The translations under genes and the position numbers were made by a program. Positions 11,965 through 23,975 of a stretch of DNA of 64,000 nt are shown here, one piece after another; positions within the stretch are counted from its first letter, which is position 1; the number at the start of each line of letters is the position of its first letter. This DNA is from Chara braunii. Lineage: Eukaryota; Plantae; Charophyceae. The notes below the pieces were generated by a model. It saw nothing but the letters and a program-made list of their open reading frames with translations. It was not told the origin of the DNA and searched no databases. The DNA lies in assembly GCA_003427395.1 (NCBI GenBank), contig BFEA01000034.1:3121876-3185875 (forward strand), written 5' to 3'.

Positions 11965-13680
11965 CGCCCCCTTGTGCAACCTCCTCCCCCTATGGCAACG
12001 TCCTCGTCCTCCCTCATGACCCCCTCCCGCTCGTACGAAATCCTCCCCGTAGCACGACCTCGTCGTTCCCCTGCCGCATGACCTCTGCAACCTCTCGTCC
12101 CCAGCATGCGATCTGCTCCTACCCCTCCCATGACCCACTCCTCCCCTTTGCACTGCGTCCTCCCCCTTGTGCGACCTTCTCACACCTCTCTTCCGACCTC
12201 ATCCAGCTCCTCCTCCTCCTTACACCACCTCCTCCTCTCGCTCATGTGTCCTCGTCTGGCCTCCTCAAACCACTCGCGCGACCTCCTCCAACCTCCCTTG
12301 ACCTCCGCTGCAACCTCTCGTCCTCCTCTTGCGACCTGCTCCTCCCCCTCTTCCGACCTCCTCCTCTCCCTTGTGCCACCTCCTCTTCCCCCTTGTGCAA
12401 CCTCTTGCTTGTCCTTGTGCGAACTGCTCCTCCCCCTGCCACTCCGTGTTCCGATCTCCCCCTCCCCCTTACGCAACCTCTGCGCGACCTCCTCCTCTTC
12501 CTTGTGCGACCTCTTCCTACCCCTCGCGCGACCCCCTCCTCCCCCCGTGCGACTTCCTCCCTCTCTTCCGACCCTTCTTCCCTCGCGCGACCTCCTAATC
12601 CTTGTGCGACCTCCTCCTCCCCCTCCTGCGTCCTCTTCCCCCTCCTCATCCACCACGCACGAACTCCTCCCACCTCTATTCTGACCTCCTCCCCCTTGTG
12701 CGACGTCCGCTTCCCCTCGCACGACCTCCTCCTTGTGCGACCTCCTTCTCCCCCTCGTGCCACCTCCTCCAATCTGTCTTCCTACCTCCTCCCCCTTGTG
12801 CGATCTCGTCCTTCCCCTCTTCTGACCTCCTCGTCCCGCTTGCACAACCTCCTCCTCCCGCTTGCACAACCTCCTCCTCCCGCTTGCATAACCTCCTCCT
12901 CCCACTCTCCGACGGCGGCCGAATAGTAGCATGCGAAAAACCACCCAAAAGGCGGGGATTAAAAAAAAAAAAAGGAAGCGACTCCTCCTCGTGCGACCTG
13001 CTCCTCCCCCTCTTCCGACCTCCTACTCTCCCTTGTGCGATCTCCTCCCACTGCTCCTCCTCCTCCTCCTCCTCGTCCCCCTCCCGCTCCTCCTCCGCCA
13101 AACAACGTGACAAAGATCCTGCCATAGCCCCGCTCCCGCTCGTTCTCCTGCTGCTCCCGCCTCTCCTCCTCCCTCTCCTACTCCCGCTCTCCCTCCTGCT
13201 GCTTCTCCTTCTCCCGCTGCTTCCCCTGCTCTTTCCCCTGTTCCTCCTGCTCCTTCTCCCGCTCGTCCTCGTGCTCCGCCCGCTTCTTCTGGTCCGCCTA
13301 TATCTCCTCCCCCTCCTCGGCCTCCCGAAGGCTCGTTAACCCCCTCCCAGTTTCCCCTCCCGCTCCTCCTCCCGCTCCTCCTACCGCCCCTCCTGCCGAG
13401 ACTCCTCCGCCCCTTCTCATTTTTCCTCGTGCTCCGTCTCCCGCTCCTAACCCCCTCCCCGTTTCCCCTGCCGCTCCTTCTCCAGCTCCTCCTCCCGCGG
13501 CTCCTCCGCCCCTTCGCATTTCCCGTCCCGCTCCTTCTCCCGCACCTGCTCCCGTTCCTCCCACTCCTTTTCCCGCTCCTTTTCCCATCCCTCCTCCTGC
13601 TCCTCCGGCTCCGCGTCTCGCTCCTCCTCCCGCTCCTCCTCTGCCAAACAACGGGACAAAGATCCCGCCATAGCCATCTC
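11965..13680. repeat. Degenerate pyrimidine-rich minisatellite region
   Basis: Units like ccccttgtgcgacctcctcct (11965-13060) and cccgctcctcct (13080-13640). ccaaacaacg.gacaaagatcc.gccatagcc is duplicated at about 13098 and 13644. Confidence 0.85.
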
Positions 13681-13722
13681 CTATGAAAAAAACAAAAGAA
13701 AAATGGTCCCCCCACGTGGCTA

Positions 13723-13786
<64 letters not shown>

Positions 13787-13896
13787 CCATAGATAGCATG
13801 AGCAACGCACCGGCCAACAGGCAATTCTCATTTGCTCATCCTATCAATGCAAATAGTGTGAGGCCAGGCGCGGGGTTGGAGACTTACCTGCTCGCC

Positions 13897-13938
<42 letters not shown>

Positions 13939-14253
13939 NNNNNNNNNNNNNNNNNNNNNNNNNNNNNNNNNNNNNNNNNNNNNNNNNNNNNNNNNNNNNN
14001 NNNNNNNNNNNNNNNNNNNNNNNNNNNNNNNNNNNNNNNNNNNNNNNNNNNNNNNNNNNNNNNNNNNNNNNNNNNNNNNNNNNNNNNNNNNNNNNNNNNN
14101 NNNNNNNNNNNNNNNNNNNNNNNNNNNNNNNNNNNNNNNNNNNNNNNNNNNNNNNNNNNNNNNNNNNNNNNNNNNNNNNNNNNNNNNNNNNNNNNNNNNN
14201 NNNNNNNNNNNNNNNNNNNNNNNNNNNNNNNNNNNNNNNNNNNNNNNNNNNNN

Positions 14254-14306
<53 letters not shown>

Positions 14307-14324
14307 ACACACACACACACACAC

Positions 14325-14700
14325 CTCACCGCGCTTTCGCGGTCACACACGGCAGCACTCGGTAGCGGACCGCACTTTCACGATTGCACACGGCAGCGCT
14401 TGGCACCGCACCGCACGTATATTCCGGAGATTATACCAGCGATCGCACACGGCAGCGTTCGGCACCGCACCGCATTTCTGCACTCACACAGCGCTTTCGC
14501 ACTCGCACACGGCGGCGCCTGCGGTACCGCCGCGAAACAGCGCACCCTTATTAATGGCGCACCCTTATTCGCCTGGGGTACCACTGCCGACCGGCGCACC
14601 CTTATTCCCTTCCCCCAGGCCGCCTCTGCGGTACCGCCGCGAAACACCGCGCCCTTATTCCCTTGCCCCGGGCCTCCACGAAACGCCGCATCCGCTTTCC
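14325..14700. repeat. GC-rich short tandem motifs (probable TE terminus)
   Basis: Repeated cacacggcagcg..ggcaccgcaccgca and gcggtaccgccgcgaaaca..cccttatt. Confidence 0.6.
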
Positions 14701-14922
14701 TCGCCCAAGTCCCGCGCCCCTCCACACCGATTTTCTCTGGGCCCGGCGTGACGTGTCACGCTGGGCCCTTTGCTTGCTTTAGGAGTATAGAGAAGAGAAG
14801 AGATAGGGAAGAAAAACATCCAAGAAATCTATAATAATGAAGAAAAAAGATATGCTATCTCCACACCCCTGTTGGAGGGAGCAGCAGGAAGCGAGCAGCC
14901 AGGATAAGGAGGGGGCGGTTCC

Positions 14923-14983
<61 letters not shown>

Positions 14984-15329
14984 GTAAACACCTACAAGTA
15001 AATGCACACTGCTGACAAAAAATGTGGCGAGCTGCCTCCTGCCGTCTGAACCCCGCGCAAGTAAATGCACAGAGACAAAAAACGGGGCTCGTTCCTGAGC
15101 AAAACACCTGGCCACAGTAATTCAAATAGAGCACTCATGTGTTCTACTTGAATAGACCACGCGTATGTTTGAATAGAACATACATGTGTACTATTTGGAT
15201 AGAACATACGTGCGTAGTATTTGGATTTCCAGGGGTGACTTTGAGAAATAGACTTTTCCAGGGAAAGTTGAAAAGGACATACGTGCGTTTTGTTCGGGGG
15301 CAGACTGTAGCATCTCGACCACAACGTGA

Positions 15330-16500
15330 GGAACCTTCACATCCGCAGCCCTCCAGAACAGTACCTTCTAATGTTTGTTCGCCTTTCTGCGCTCTCTTAA
15401 ACCACCAGCACTTTTCCCAGCCACTGCCTTCCGATGGGCTGCAGATGGATTTCATCAACGGCCTGCTGAAGTGTGTGGTGACCCCCAGAAATTGCGGCGC
15501 GTAAACGGCCATGCAAAAAAGAAATTGCGGTGAGAAGTGCTAATGACCGTGATAATGCAGATCCCATTCCGATAAGCCCTTCATGCTGACACCAGAATGA
15601 TGAGGCCAATGGCGTTGGGACAGTGTTGTCCAGTGGGATGTTTTGAGACCGCCAATGTCCTGAGGATAGGATGCTGTGACAATGGTGAGAGGCTGGCGAT
15701 ATATTTGAAATTTAGGGGAGGTGTGACACGGTGAAAGAGAGGTACGTGACAATTGGGTTGCAATGGGCTGTGCATGTGACAGTGGGGAACTGGTTGGACC
15801 ACAAGGTTCGAACAGTTTGTGTGTGACACGTAGGTTCCGTCGCACACATTGACTGGGATAGGGTTCATGTGAAGTCCGATGAACTTGGAGAAAGTGTTAT
15901 CTATGGTACATACTACATAGTGTCGAAGATCCATGAGAAGGGTGGATTGATGGTGGAAGAAGGATTGCAAAAAAAAAAAAAAAAGAGACGATCTGCGGCA
16001 AAGAGTTAAATCGCAGAATTTGTTCGTGTAGGGGTTGTGAACGTAGGTCGATACAATCATACACGACTATGAAAGGAGTTCGCTGGGTGTTTGTCGAATG
16101 TTTCTGACATTTCTCAGGGCTGGCATTTAGCAGTTGTCGTAAACCACCAGTATGTCTGAGGCTCTTTTTCGGACATCCACTGTGTGCCAAGCCTTGCTAA
16201 ACGGGCTTGGGCACAAAATGCCTTCGTTTTGCCGGGGGTGCAGTAGCCTTTCTGATTTGGCAGGCCAAGCCCCGACGGACAAGGTGTTGTTTGAAGTGCT
16301 GCCCCCGAACATAATATAGCTAGGGAAATGGTACCCGTGGTTCGAAGTTTGAACATGCGGCAGCGAGGATCCTGAATGCACGCTGTTTGCCTTGGAGGGT
16401 GTTTGTCGAGGACCACTTCTCTGCAATGCTGATACTGTGCAATGTCTCTGTGAGGTACTGAGGATGAGGATCAGGTAAGGGGTTCCTACTGACATTGGGA
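15330..16500 (-). pseudogene. Decayed Penelope-like element (PLE) reverse transcriptase remnant
   Basis: Minus-strand motifs in order: FHRVTPPLNFKYIAS (cf. K.HK.P...R.I.S), DIGGL-/-NIPLD (motif A, frameshifted), QHEG.IGMGSALSRSLALL (motif B'), AVDEI (degenerate YVDD). Many indels; boundaries approximate. Confidence 0.6.
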
Positions 16501-18017
16501 TAGAACTGTCTGGTGGCTATATAAGAGGCTTAGACCCTAGGGCAAGGGTAGGGATATAAGTCGCTCAGGCCAGTCTAGAGTTCCGCCTGGCCTTGGGTAC
16601 GCTACGGGAAGGACCGTAAGACTGCTTCAGTGGGTGCTACCCTGTCGGAACCTAGGGTCGATAGTCTCTTGGGGCCTGTAGTAGATTGTCTGGGCCTGGC
16701 GTCCGAAGTTCCCGTTCGTCCGATTCCGCTTCCGCTTCCACCACGGCTGGGCAATCTATCAGCCCTGGTGCCTATCACTGCTGTTTGGTCCAAGTTGTCT
16801 GCCCATTGGTAGGGTAATAGTCCTGGGTGCTGGTGACACTGAGGTAGGATAGTGGGATAGGGGGTGCGCTAGGAGTATTGACGTGAGGAGGATGGGATGG
16901 GAGGTGGTCTCTTATTCCAAGACACCCACGGCCCACTGCTCCAGGTGATCACTGTGTAGNNNNNNNNNNNNNNNNNNNNNNNNNNNNNNNNNNNNNNNNN
17001 NNNNNNNNNNNNNNNNNNNNNNNNNNNNNNNNNNNNNNNNNNNNNNNNNNNNNNNNNNNNNNNNNNNNNNNNNNNNNNNNNNNNNNNNNNNNNNNNNNNN
17101 NNNNNNNNNNNNNNNNNNNNNNNNNNNNNNNNNNNNNNNNNNNNNNNNNNNNNNNNNNNNNNNNNNNNNNNNNNNNNNNNNNNNNNNNNNNNNNNNNNNN
17201 NNNNNNNNNNNNNNNNNNNNNNNNNNNNNNNNNNNNNNNNNNNNNNNNNNNNNNNNNNNNNNNNNNNNNNNNNNNNNNNNNNNNNNNNNNNNNNNNNNNN
17301 NNNNNNNNNNNNNNNNNNNNNNNNNNNNNNNNNNNNNNNNNNNNNNNNNNNNNNNNNNNNNNNNNNNNNNNNNNNNNNNNNNNNNNNNNNNNNNNNNNNN
17401 NNNNNNNNNNNNNNNNNNNNNNNNNNNNNNNNNNNNNNNNNNNNNNNNNNNNNNNNNNNNNNNNNNNNNNNNNNNNNNNNNNNNNNNNNNNNNNNNNNNN
17501 NNNNNNNNNNNNNNNNNNNNNNNNNNNNNNNNNNNNNNNNNNNNNNNNNNNNNNNNNNNNNNNNNNNNNNNNNNNNNNNNNNNNNNNNNNNNNNNNNNNN
17601 NNNNNNNNNNNNNNNNNNNNNNNNNNNNNNNNNNNNNNNNNNNNNNNNNNNNNNNNNNNGCACTTCTGGCCTCCTAATCCTAGAACCCTCCCAGCCCTCC
17701 CTACACCAGGACATTACATCTCAGAAACAATATCCTCCTAACCAATGTCTACCAAAGCTGACCTGTCCTCGCCACCTAGACTATCCCTGGCCCCATAGGT
17801 TGTCAAGGCAGCCCCCCCACAGTGAGACAATATTCCAAATGTACCTGGATCTGTTATCGGTCCTGTTACATCCAAAACCAATTGTTAGAACGTGTTAGGA
17901 TCCCTGCCTGCCCGACATATTCTACGGATGAGACCCTGGCCCATGAACCATGCTGCAAAATGTGAATGTTACGATACACAGGGTGGCAGCCAACGAGTGA
18001 GACACCGGCAAACCTGG

Positions 18018-18260
18018 GGGCCAGCCAAGAGTGTGATGCCTGACTGTGGGTTGTGGGACCTAATATATGAAAAAAATGACAAATGAATTTTGAGTGCAAG
18101 CTGTGGGAGTGGACATGTTTATGTTGCAAGAAAAAAAACTCTGCAAAATGCACACATAAACTGTCCACTCCCACAGCTTGCACTCAAAATTCATTTGTCA
18201 TTTTTTTCATATATTAGGTCCCACAACCCCACAGTCAGGCATCACACTCTTGGCTGGCCC
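18018..18260. repeat. Long near-perfect inverted repeat (arms about 98 bp)
   Basis: 18018-18115 is the reverse complement of 18162-18260 (one indel). The spacer is partly self-complementary. A third partial copy lies at 18287-18319. Confidence 0.95.
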
Positions 18261-18521
18261 TTCATTCTAACACCAGAATGATGAGGCCACTCCCACAGCT
18301 TGCACTCAAAATTCATTTGGTGTAGGAGGTTGTCAGCTGACCACGACATGCGTAGACAATAGACCTGTTTGAGTAAGAGGCCATGAAGAGGATGTCATGC
18401 ACCTCATAGCTCACCAGAAAGAAAGGTTTGATCACCTCATGTCATTTGCAGCCCGGCGGTTGATCCTCTGGTCTCCCCCAGAGCAATCAGTGCCGCCCAG
18501 CTAATCAATCAATGTTCTATC

Positions 18522-18783
18522 ACAATACATGGGATGCTGGAGTCCGTTCTCTGGCACGTGATGCTCCCACAAATAAAACGGAGCCATCTGCACACCACCC
18601 TGAACTGTAGAGGTGTTAATATCACCTCCCCGGCTGAGGGCTGATAAAGGTTTATTACAATACATGAGATGCTGGACTCGTTTTCCGGCATGTGCTGCCC
18701 CCGTGAATAGAATGGAGCCATCTACATGCCATCCTCAACTGTAGAGGTGCTCCTATCACCTCTGCAGCCGAGGGATGGTGAAG
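18522..18783. repeat. Diverged tandem duplication of about 135 bp
   Basis: acaatacatg.gatgctgga... at 18522 and 18657. Confidence 0.85.
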
Positions 18784-18938
18784 GATGTTTCAAAGGGGAA
18801 AAAAAAGAATGTATTTGGAATTTTGTATCGTGGCATAGTCCTCCCAGAGCCATTTAAAATTGTTGTTTAGCGGAGCATGGCCCAGTGACCCCCAAACCTC
18901 TGGTTGATGGAACAAACAGTGGGGAATATGTGGGTTGT

Positions 18939-18987
<49 letters not shown>

Positions 18988-19408
18988 ATTATCAATAAAT
19001 TGCTTGTGAATCTGGGCTACCAGGCCACCTGGAAGGGGAGCGTGATTCACACTGGGTTTCCTGGGCATCCTGGGAAGTGGTCACCATTANNNNNNNNNNN
19101 NNNNNNNNNNNNNNNNNNNNNNNNNNNNNNNNNNNNNNNNNNNNNNNNNNNNNNNNNNNNNNNNNNNNNNNNNNNNNNNNNNNNNNNNNNNNNNNNNNNN
19201 NNNNNNNNNNNNNNNNNNNNNNNNNNNNNNNNNNNNNNNNNNNNNNNNNNNNNNNNNNNNNNNNNNNNNNNNNNNNNNNNNNNNNNNNNNNNNNNNNNNN
19301 NNNNNNNNNNNNNNNNNNNNNNNNNNNNNNNNNNNGGGCCTACAGGCCCTGTGTCGTTTCAGCCTTAAAAGCCTGAAAACAAGGGCCTACAGGCCCTGTG
19401 TTCGCAGC

Positions 19409-19446
19409 CTGTCTCTTATACACATCTAGATGTGTATAAGAGACAG
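19409..19446. other. Nextera mate-pair junction adapter (two head-to-head Tn5 mosaic ends); assembly artefact
   Basis: Exact CTGTCTCTTATACACATCT+AGATGTGTATAAGAGACAG next to an N-gap. Confidence 0.98.
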
Positions 19447-19653
19447 GTTCTGTGCAAGCAGGCAGAATCTGACATTTAACTTCAAAATGGTGAATGCCAT
19501 ATGTGTGTGTGTGTGTGTGTGGGGTGGGGGGGCGGGGGTTGCAACTTCAAACTGTTCAGCGTCCACTGTGCATACAGCTATAAACGACAAAAACAGCAAG
19601 GTCATACACACTATTGCTCACCCAACTCAACCCGGGACAGATTCTGACATTGT

Positions 19654-19750
19654 GCAGAACAACTTCACTCCAGCAATTCCGACAGGCAGAACAACTTCAC
19701 TCCAGCAATTCCGACAGGCAGAACAACTTCACTCCAGCAATTCCGACAGG
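19654..19750. repeat. Perfect 32-bp tandem repeat x3
   Basis: cagaacaacttcactccagcaattccgacagg at 19655, 19687, 19719. Confidence 0.95.
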
Positions 19751-19766
19751 GAAAAGAGGAAACTTA

Positions 19767-20183
19767 GGGTCTCGCTCCACTTACTATATCTGCTGTACGA
19801 TTCCGGATGGTGGGACACCGCTCCACTTCGTATCCGAAATGTACCTCCGGAAATGATCTCCGTATAGTTGTCGGATGGCGCCCTCCCAATTCACCATACG
19901 ATCCCGTATAGTTCCCAGCCTGCAAACGTTGTTACTCGTTGGAGGGTGGTTGAAGGAGGTCGGCGTTTTATTGCGAAATCGTATGGAGCACCTGGAGTCT
20001 GGGCCGGCAAATTGCTGTCGTGTAGTGCTGTCCGGGTATTTTGTAGCGAACGGAGGAAGTGGAGACTTGTATAGCAGATAGGAAGTGGAGGGACGCCACG
20101 GTTTATACGATTTTTTTAGCTGTGGTCAGCTATACGGTCGCTATACGAAATTCTGTATAGCGGACAGTAGTGCAGCAAGACCC
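19767..20183. mobile_element. PIF/Harbinger-type (Tourist-like) MITE
   Basis: TIRs GGGTCTCGCTCCACT / AGTGCAGCAAGACCC, TTA target duplication on both sides, subterminal TATACG/CGTATA motifs. Confidence 0.85.
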
Positions 20184-23100
20184 TTAAATCGCCACTAACC
20201 CCAGCGCAATTTCAATGAAACGGCACTTTTTTCAAAGCCTGGGCCGTGGAACCAAAATGATGTGGGCCTACCTGTAGCCGCACAGAAAAAAAAAAAGTGT
20301 TCTTTTGCCAGCTGCATTTTTTTGGCATCTGTAATGACCCGCCAAAACACAGACTGAGAACACTGCTGATTTCTGGGATTTGCCACTGGAATGAATGCCT
20401 TGCTGAGGTTCCCGCATTCTGCTGTGGTTTTCAAGTCTGTGCCTGTGTGCGTGCCTGTCTGAGTGCTTGTCGGCTGAGTGTGTGTGTGGCCCGCAAGGGT
20501 ACTTGTTAGTTGAAAGGTCCCGCAGGGCCAGTACTTACCTGTGGCTGTGACTTCGAGGGTTGCAGCGGGGAAAACACTCGAGTAGCGGGGGTAGGCCCAC
20601 GACACTTAGAGCAGCAGGAAAAAAAAAAACACTCAAGTAGCAGGTAGGCCGGTACGACTCAAGTAGTGGTAGAAGTGTCGGGTACTGGAGGCCGAGCAGA
20701 AGAAGACAAAAAGTTGGCATTTTTAGAGGCCCAGAAGCGGTAGGTTAGATTTAGGCCGGTAGCAGTCCAAGTAGCCCAATTCTAGGGCCTGTCCGGACGA
20801 TAGCAGAGCCTGTGATGATGTGTTCCCTCTGAAAGGGAGGAGGTACCGGTTGCTGGGAGGCCGCTCGGCCTGGGAAGTCACCGCCCAAGAGGCCAGTAGG
20901 GCGCTATATCTTCTGCAGGAGCAAGAAGCTCCTCCTCATTTGCGGTATGCGAGGATTGGCGACATGCTGCTGGAGCCAAGCGCTGGACTTGTGCAGCGCT
21001 GCCTGGAGGTGACGAGCAGCTGGGCGCTCAGCCTGGCTATGGCGAGCAGCCCAGCCTGAGGAGGAGGAAGAAGGGGGCGAAGGAGGAGAGTGGCGAGGTA
21101 CCTACCTGGCTATGGTGGACACCATGTTCATCACCTTGTTGGGCGCTGCATCTGGAAGGCCCCAGTTGGGGTAGTGCCGCACCAAGGAAGCTCGAGGCAG
21201 AGTCAGGCATGGCGGCTTAGTCAGCAGCGGCGTAGCTTCTTTGGGTTGTCCTTTGGACAGGAGTGCAGCGACATAGCTGCTTTGCGTTGTCCTTTGCACA
21301 GGAGGGCAGATCCCTCAGTAGTCTGCCATAGCCTAGCCATGTGAGAGGAGGAAGAAGAGGGGGAAGCCATAGCTATGGTGGAGCTATTGTTGTGTCAGCA
21401 GTAAGAGGGAACTTCGGATATTGATTCTGGTTCATCCACTCATTGTTATTATTATTATTGGAAGAAGAATAAGATTGGTGAAGTTAAGGAGGAGGAAGGT
21501 GGAGAGAGAAGGGGGTTTTGTCATTGGTCTTGCTGGTGTACATCTTCTTCTTCTTCTTCTTCTTCTTCTTCTTCTTCTTCTTCTTTCTCTCTTCTTTGGT
21601 CTCTATCTCTTTGCAAGTGCTTTCATTTCTTTCGCAATTGGGTGGCATTCTCTTTCATTGTGAATTTGCACTTTTGGAATGACCAGGATCGTAACACATC
21701 AAGAAATATTTGGTTCATTGGTGTTTTACAGAAAGGGGTGCTTTGGGGGCATCTCACGGGACAACCAAGGGTTGCTGCTGAGACGACGCTGGCCGGAGCT
21801 GGGGTGAGTTGTGTTGCCCTGTAACCCAGCAGGATGGGGGGTGTGAGGCCTGGAAGCTCGGCAGGGAATACGACAGTGTTGGAGATCCTTGGAAGGATCT
21901 GTTAGGGATTTTGCGGGATTGGGGGCTTTTTTAGGACTTTTGCAGTCTATTCCTGTACCTTTTTCTGTGTAACGGGAAGGAAAGGGATCGAGAGAGAAAG
22001 GTATCACGCGTCCTGCTAGCGAAGGGGCTAGCTGGTAGGACAGAAATAGGGCATAGCAGCAGTAGAGATGGTGGCTTTGCTGCAGTAAGTCTTGCCGAAG
22101 TGGGGTGAGGAGGACTGTTGGTGGATTCCCGAGTCTTCTTCTGCTTTTTGTTTATTTCTGAAGTCCCTTACAAAAAAGCTCTGAAGTAGCTCTAAATTCT
22201 TTCAATTCTTTCAATTGGACTTTCTCAGTATATCCTTAGGTTCATTGTCATGAAATTTTCTGATGGTTTTTCTGAACGTACTCATGGGAAGCTGGGCCCG
22301 GTTCCCAGCTTGTGCCAATTCGAGAGGATATGGTTGTATCTATGGGACGCTGGACCCGGTTTCCAGCAGGTGCTGCTCCCGAGTCCCCACCAATAAATGG
22401 AGCACGTGTTTAAAAAAAAAAAAAAGAAAAAAAGAAAAAAGAAAAGAAAGGGGTGTCTGCTTTTACCAGCACCACTAGCACTGACTGGCGCTTAAAAAAA
22501 ATAAAAAATAAATAAATAAATAAATAAATAAACAGCACTAAGTCTATGTTGCTATACTTCATGTTTTTTTTATCAATTATTCTGAGCATGAAAAATTGCC
22601 AAAGTCGGTGCATTTGCTGGAAACCCAATGATCACGTGTACCCAAGCCTACATGTCCACCCTGCAGTCAGCTGCAGGTGCCTGATGGTACGGTTTTTCAA
22701 CGTTGTGCTGGTCTAAGATAATGAAAAGAGGTGCATTCAGATATAACTCGTTTTTGTGACTCTACTGAAGTTACCCCAGTCAAAGGGGAAACTATGCAGG
22801 AGTCACAAAAATGAGTTATAATTGCACTATGGGCCAAGATACAGTTTCGGATTGCAGTTCGGGCAATGTATATAACCCATCTTTCTGGCCAGGTAGGGTG
22901 CCCGAAGTGCAATTGCGAAATGTATCTTTCCCGATAGTGGAATTATAACTCGTCTTTGTGAATCTACTGAAGTTACCCCTATAATCAAATAGTGGATAAT
23001 CAAGACCATAACTGCATTACCCGGGGTTCGGCAGTTGTGGATACATCTCAAGGCTGCACTTTTTCCTTAACCCCCCAGTACTTGTGTGTACTCTCTGGTC

Positions 23101-23588
23101 AACCCCGCAAGGAATTGAAGCGGCAGTGCCTCAACCACTGCGGCGTTGATGTTCACAAGCGGAACCATACCGGTAGCCACCCATGCACGGCCGCAGCTTG
23201 AGCACACGCTCCCCACACAACATCTCTTGAAACCCTCCTAAAACCCATGTGGCCCTATCCACGCAACAACCAGTCCAGGTACGATTCCCTGGCTAGTTAC
23301 TGTGGCCTAGTTTGTACTCTTTGGTCGACCCTCCAAGTAATTGAATGACTCTGTCTTGCTTAGCAGCCGAATGCCTCAGCTACTGCAGCCATGACTGACT
23401 GTTCAAAAGTGGTACCATGCCGTTAGTGACATCCAGCCCACCCCTGCTCAACGGCGCAGCATGAACATGGGCTCCCCCAACAACGTCACTCAAGAGTCAA
23501 GATCCTCCTACACTGCATGTGGCTCTATCCATGTAGCCACCGGGTGCGGGGGTACGATTCATGACTAGTTACTACACTAAGACCTAGT

Positions 23589-23975
23589 TTGTCTTATGTG
23601 GCAAAACGGGACGACTACGTGATGCTTGCATATGGACCGTGGTGCCATAAGTGCAGAGCATATGGCCATCTCTGCACAGAGACCACCTGCCCCCACCACC
23701 CGAACTCGCAGGTCAAAGCTACGGGGTGGCTACATCGTGACCCCCTCCGGGGCACCACATGGCCCACGGTGGACCCGGGCTATGATTGCTGTGTCTACAT
23801 AGAGTACGGGAACCAGCAGGGGAAGGTTAGAGGATGGGTATGGGAGGGCCGGGGCGAGCCCTGTTGGGACTCACGACCGCCGAATGATTGGGTTCCCCCT
23901 ACAAACAGGCCAGGAAGACTGCCCTTGAGAGTAAAGAGAAAGTCAGGACATGGGGAGTCCAGACAGACCAGATAG
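23589..23975 (+). pseudogene. Possible retroelement ORF remnant with a degenerate zinc knuckle
   Basis: CHKCRAYGHLCTETTC resembles CX2CX4HX4C; followed by about 1.5 kb of broken coding-like sequence. Confidence 0.35.

Noticed and set aside
11796-13831. Long overlapping ORFs on both strands (up to 376 aa)
   Set aside because: Arise from a stop-poor minisatellite that is open in several frames at once.
19409-19446. Tn5 ends as a real bacterial transposon or horizontal transfer
   Set aside because: Exact synthetic mosaic-end junction adapter beside a gap; library artefact.
20700-21700. GC-rich coding-like stretch
   Set aside because: Only short interrupted frames with no recognisable motif; cannot support a call.
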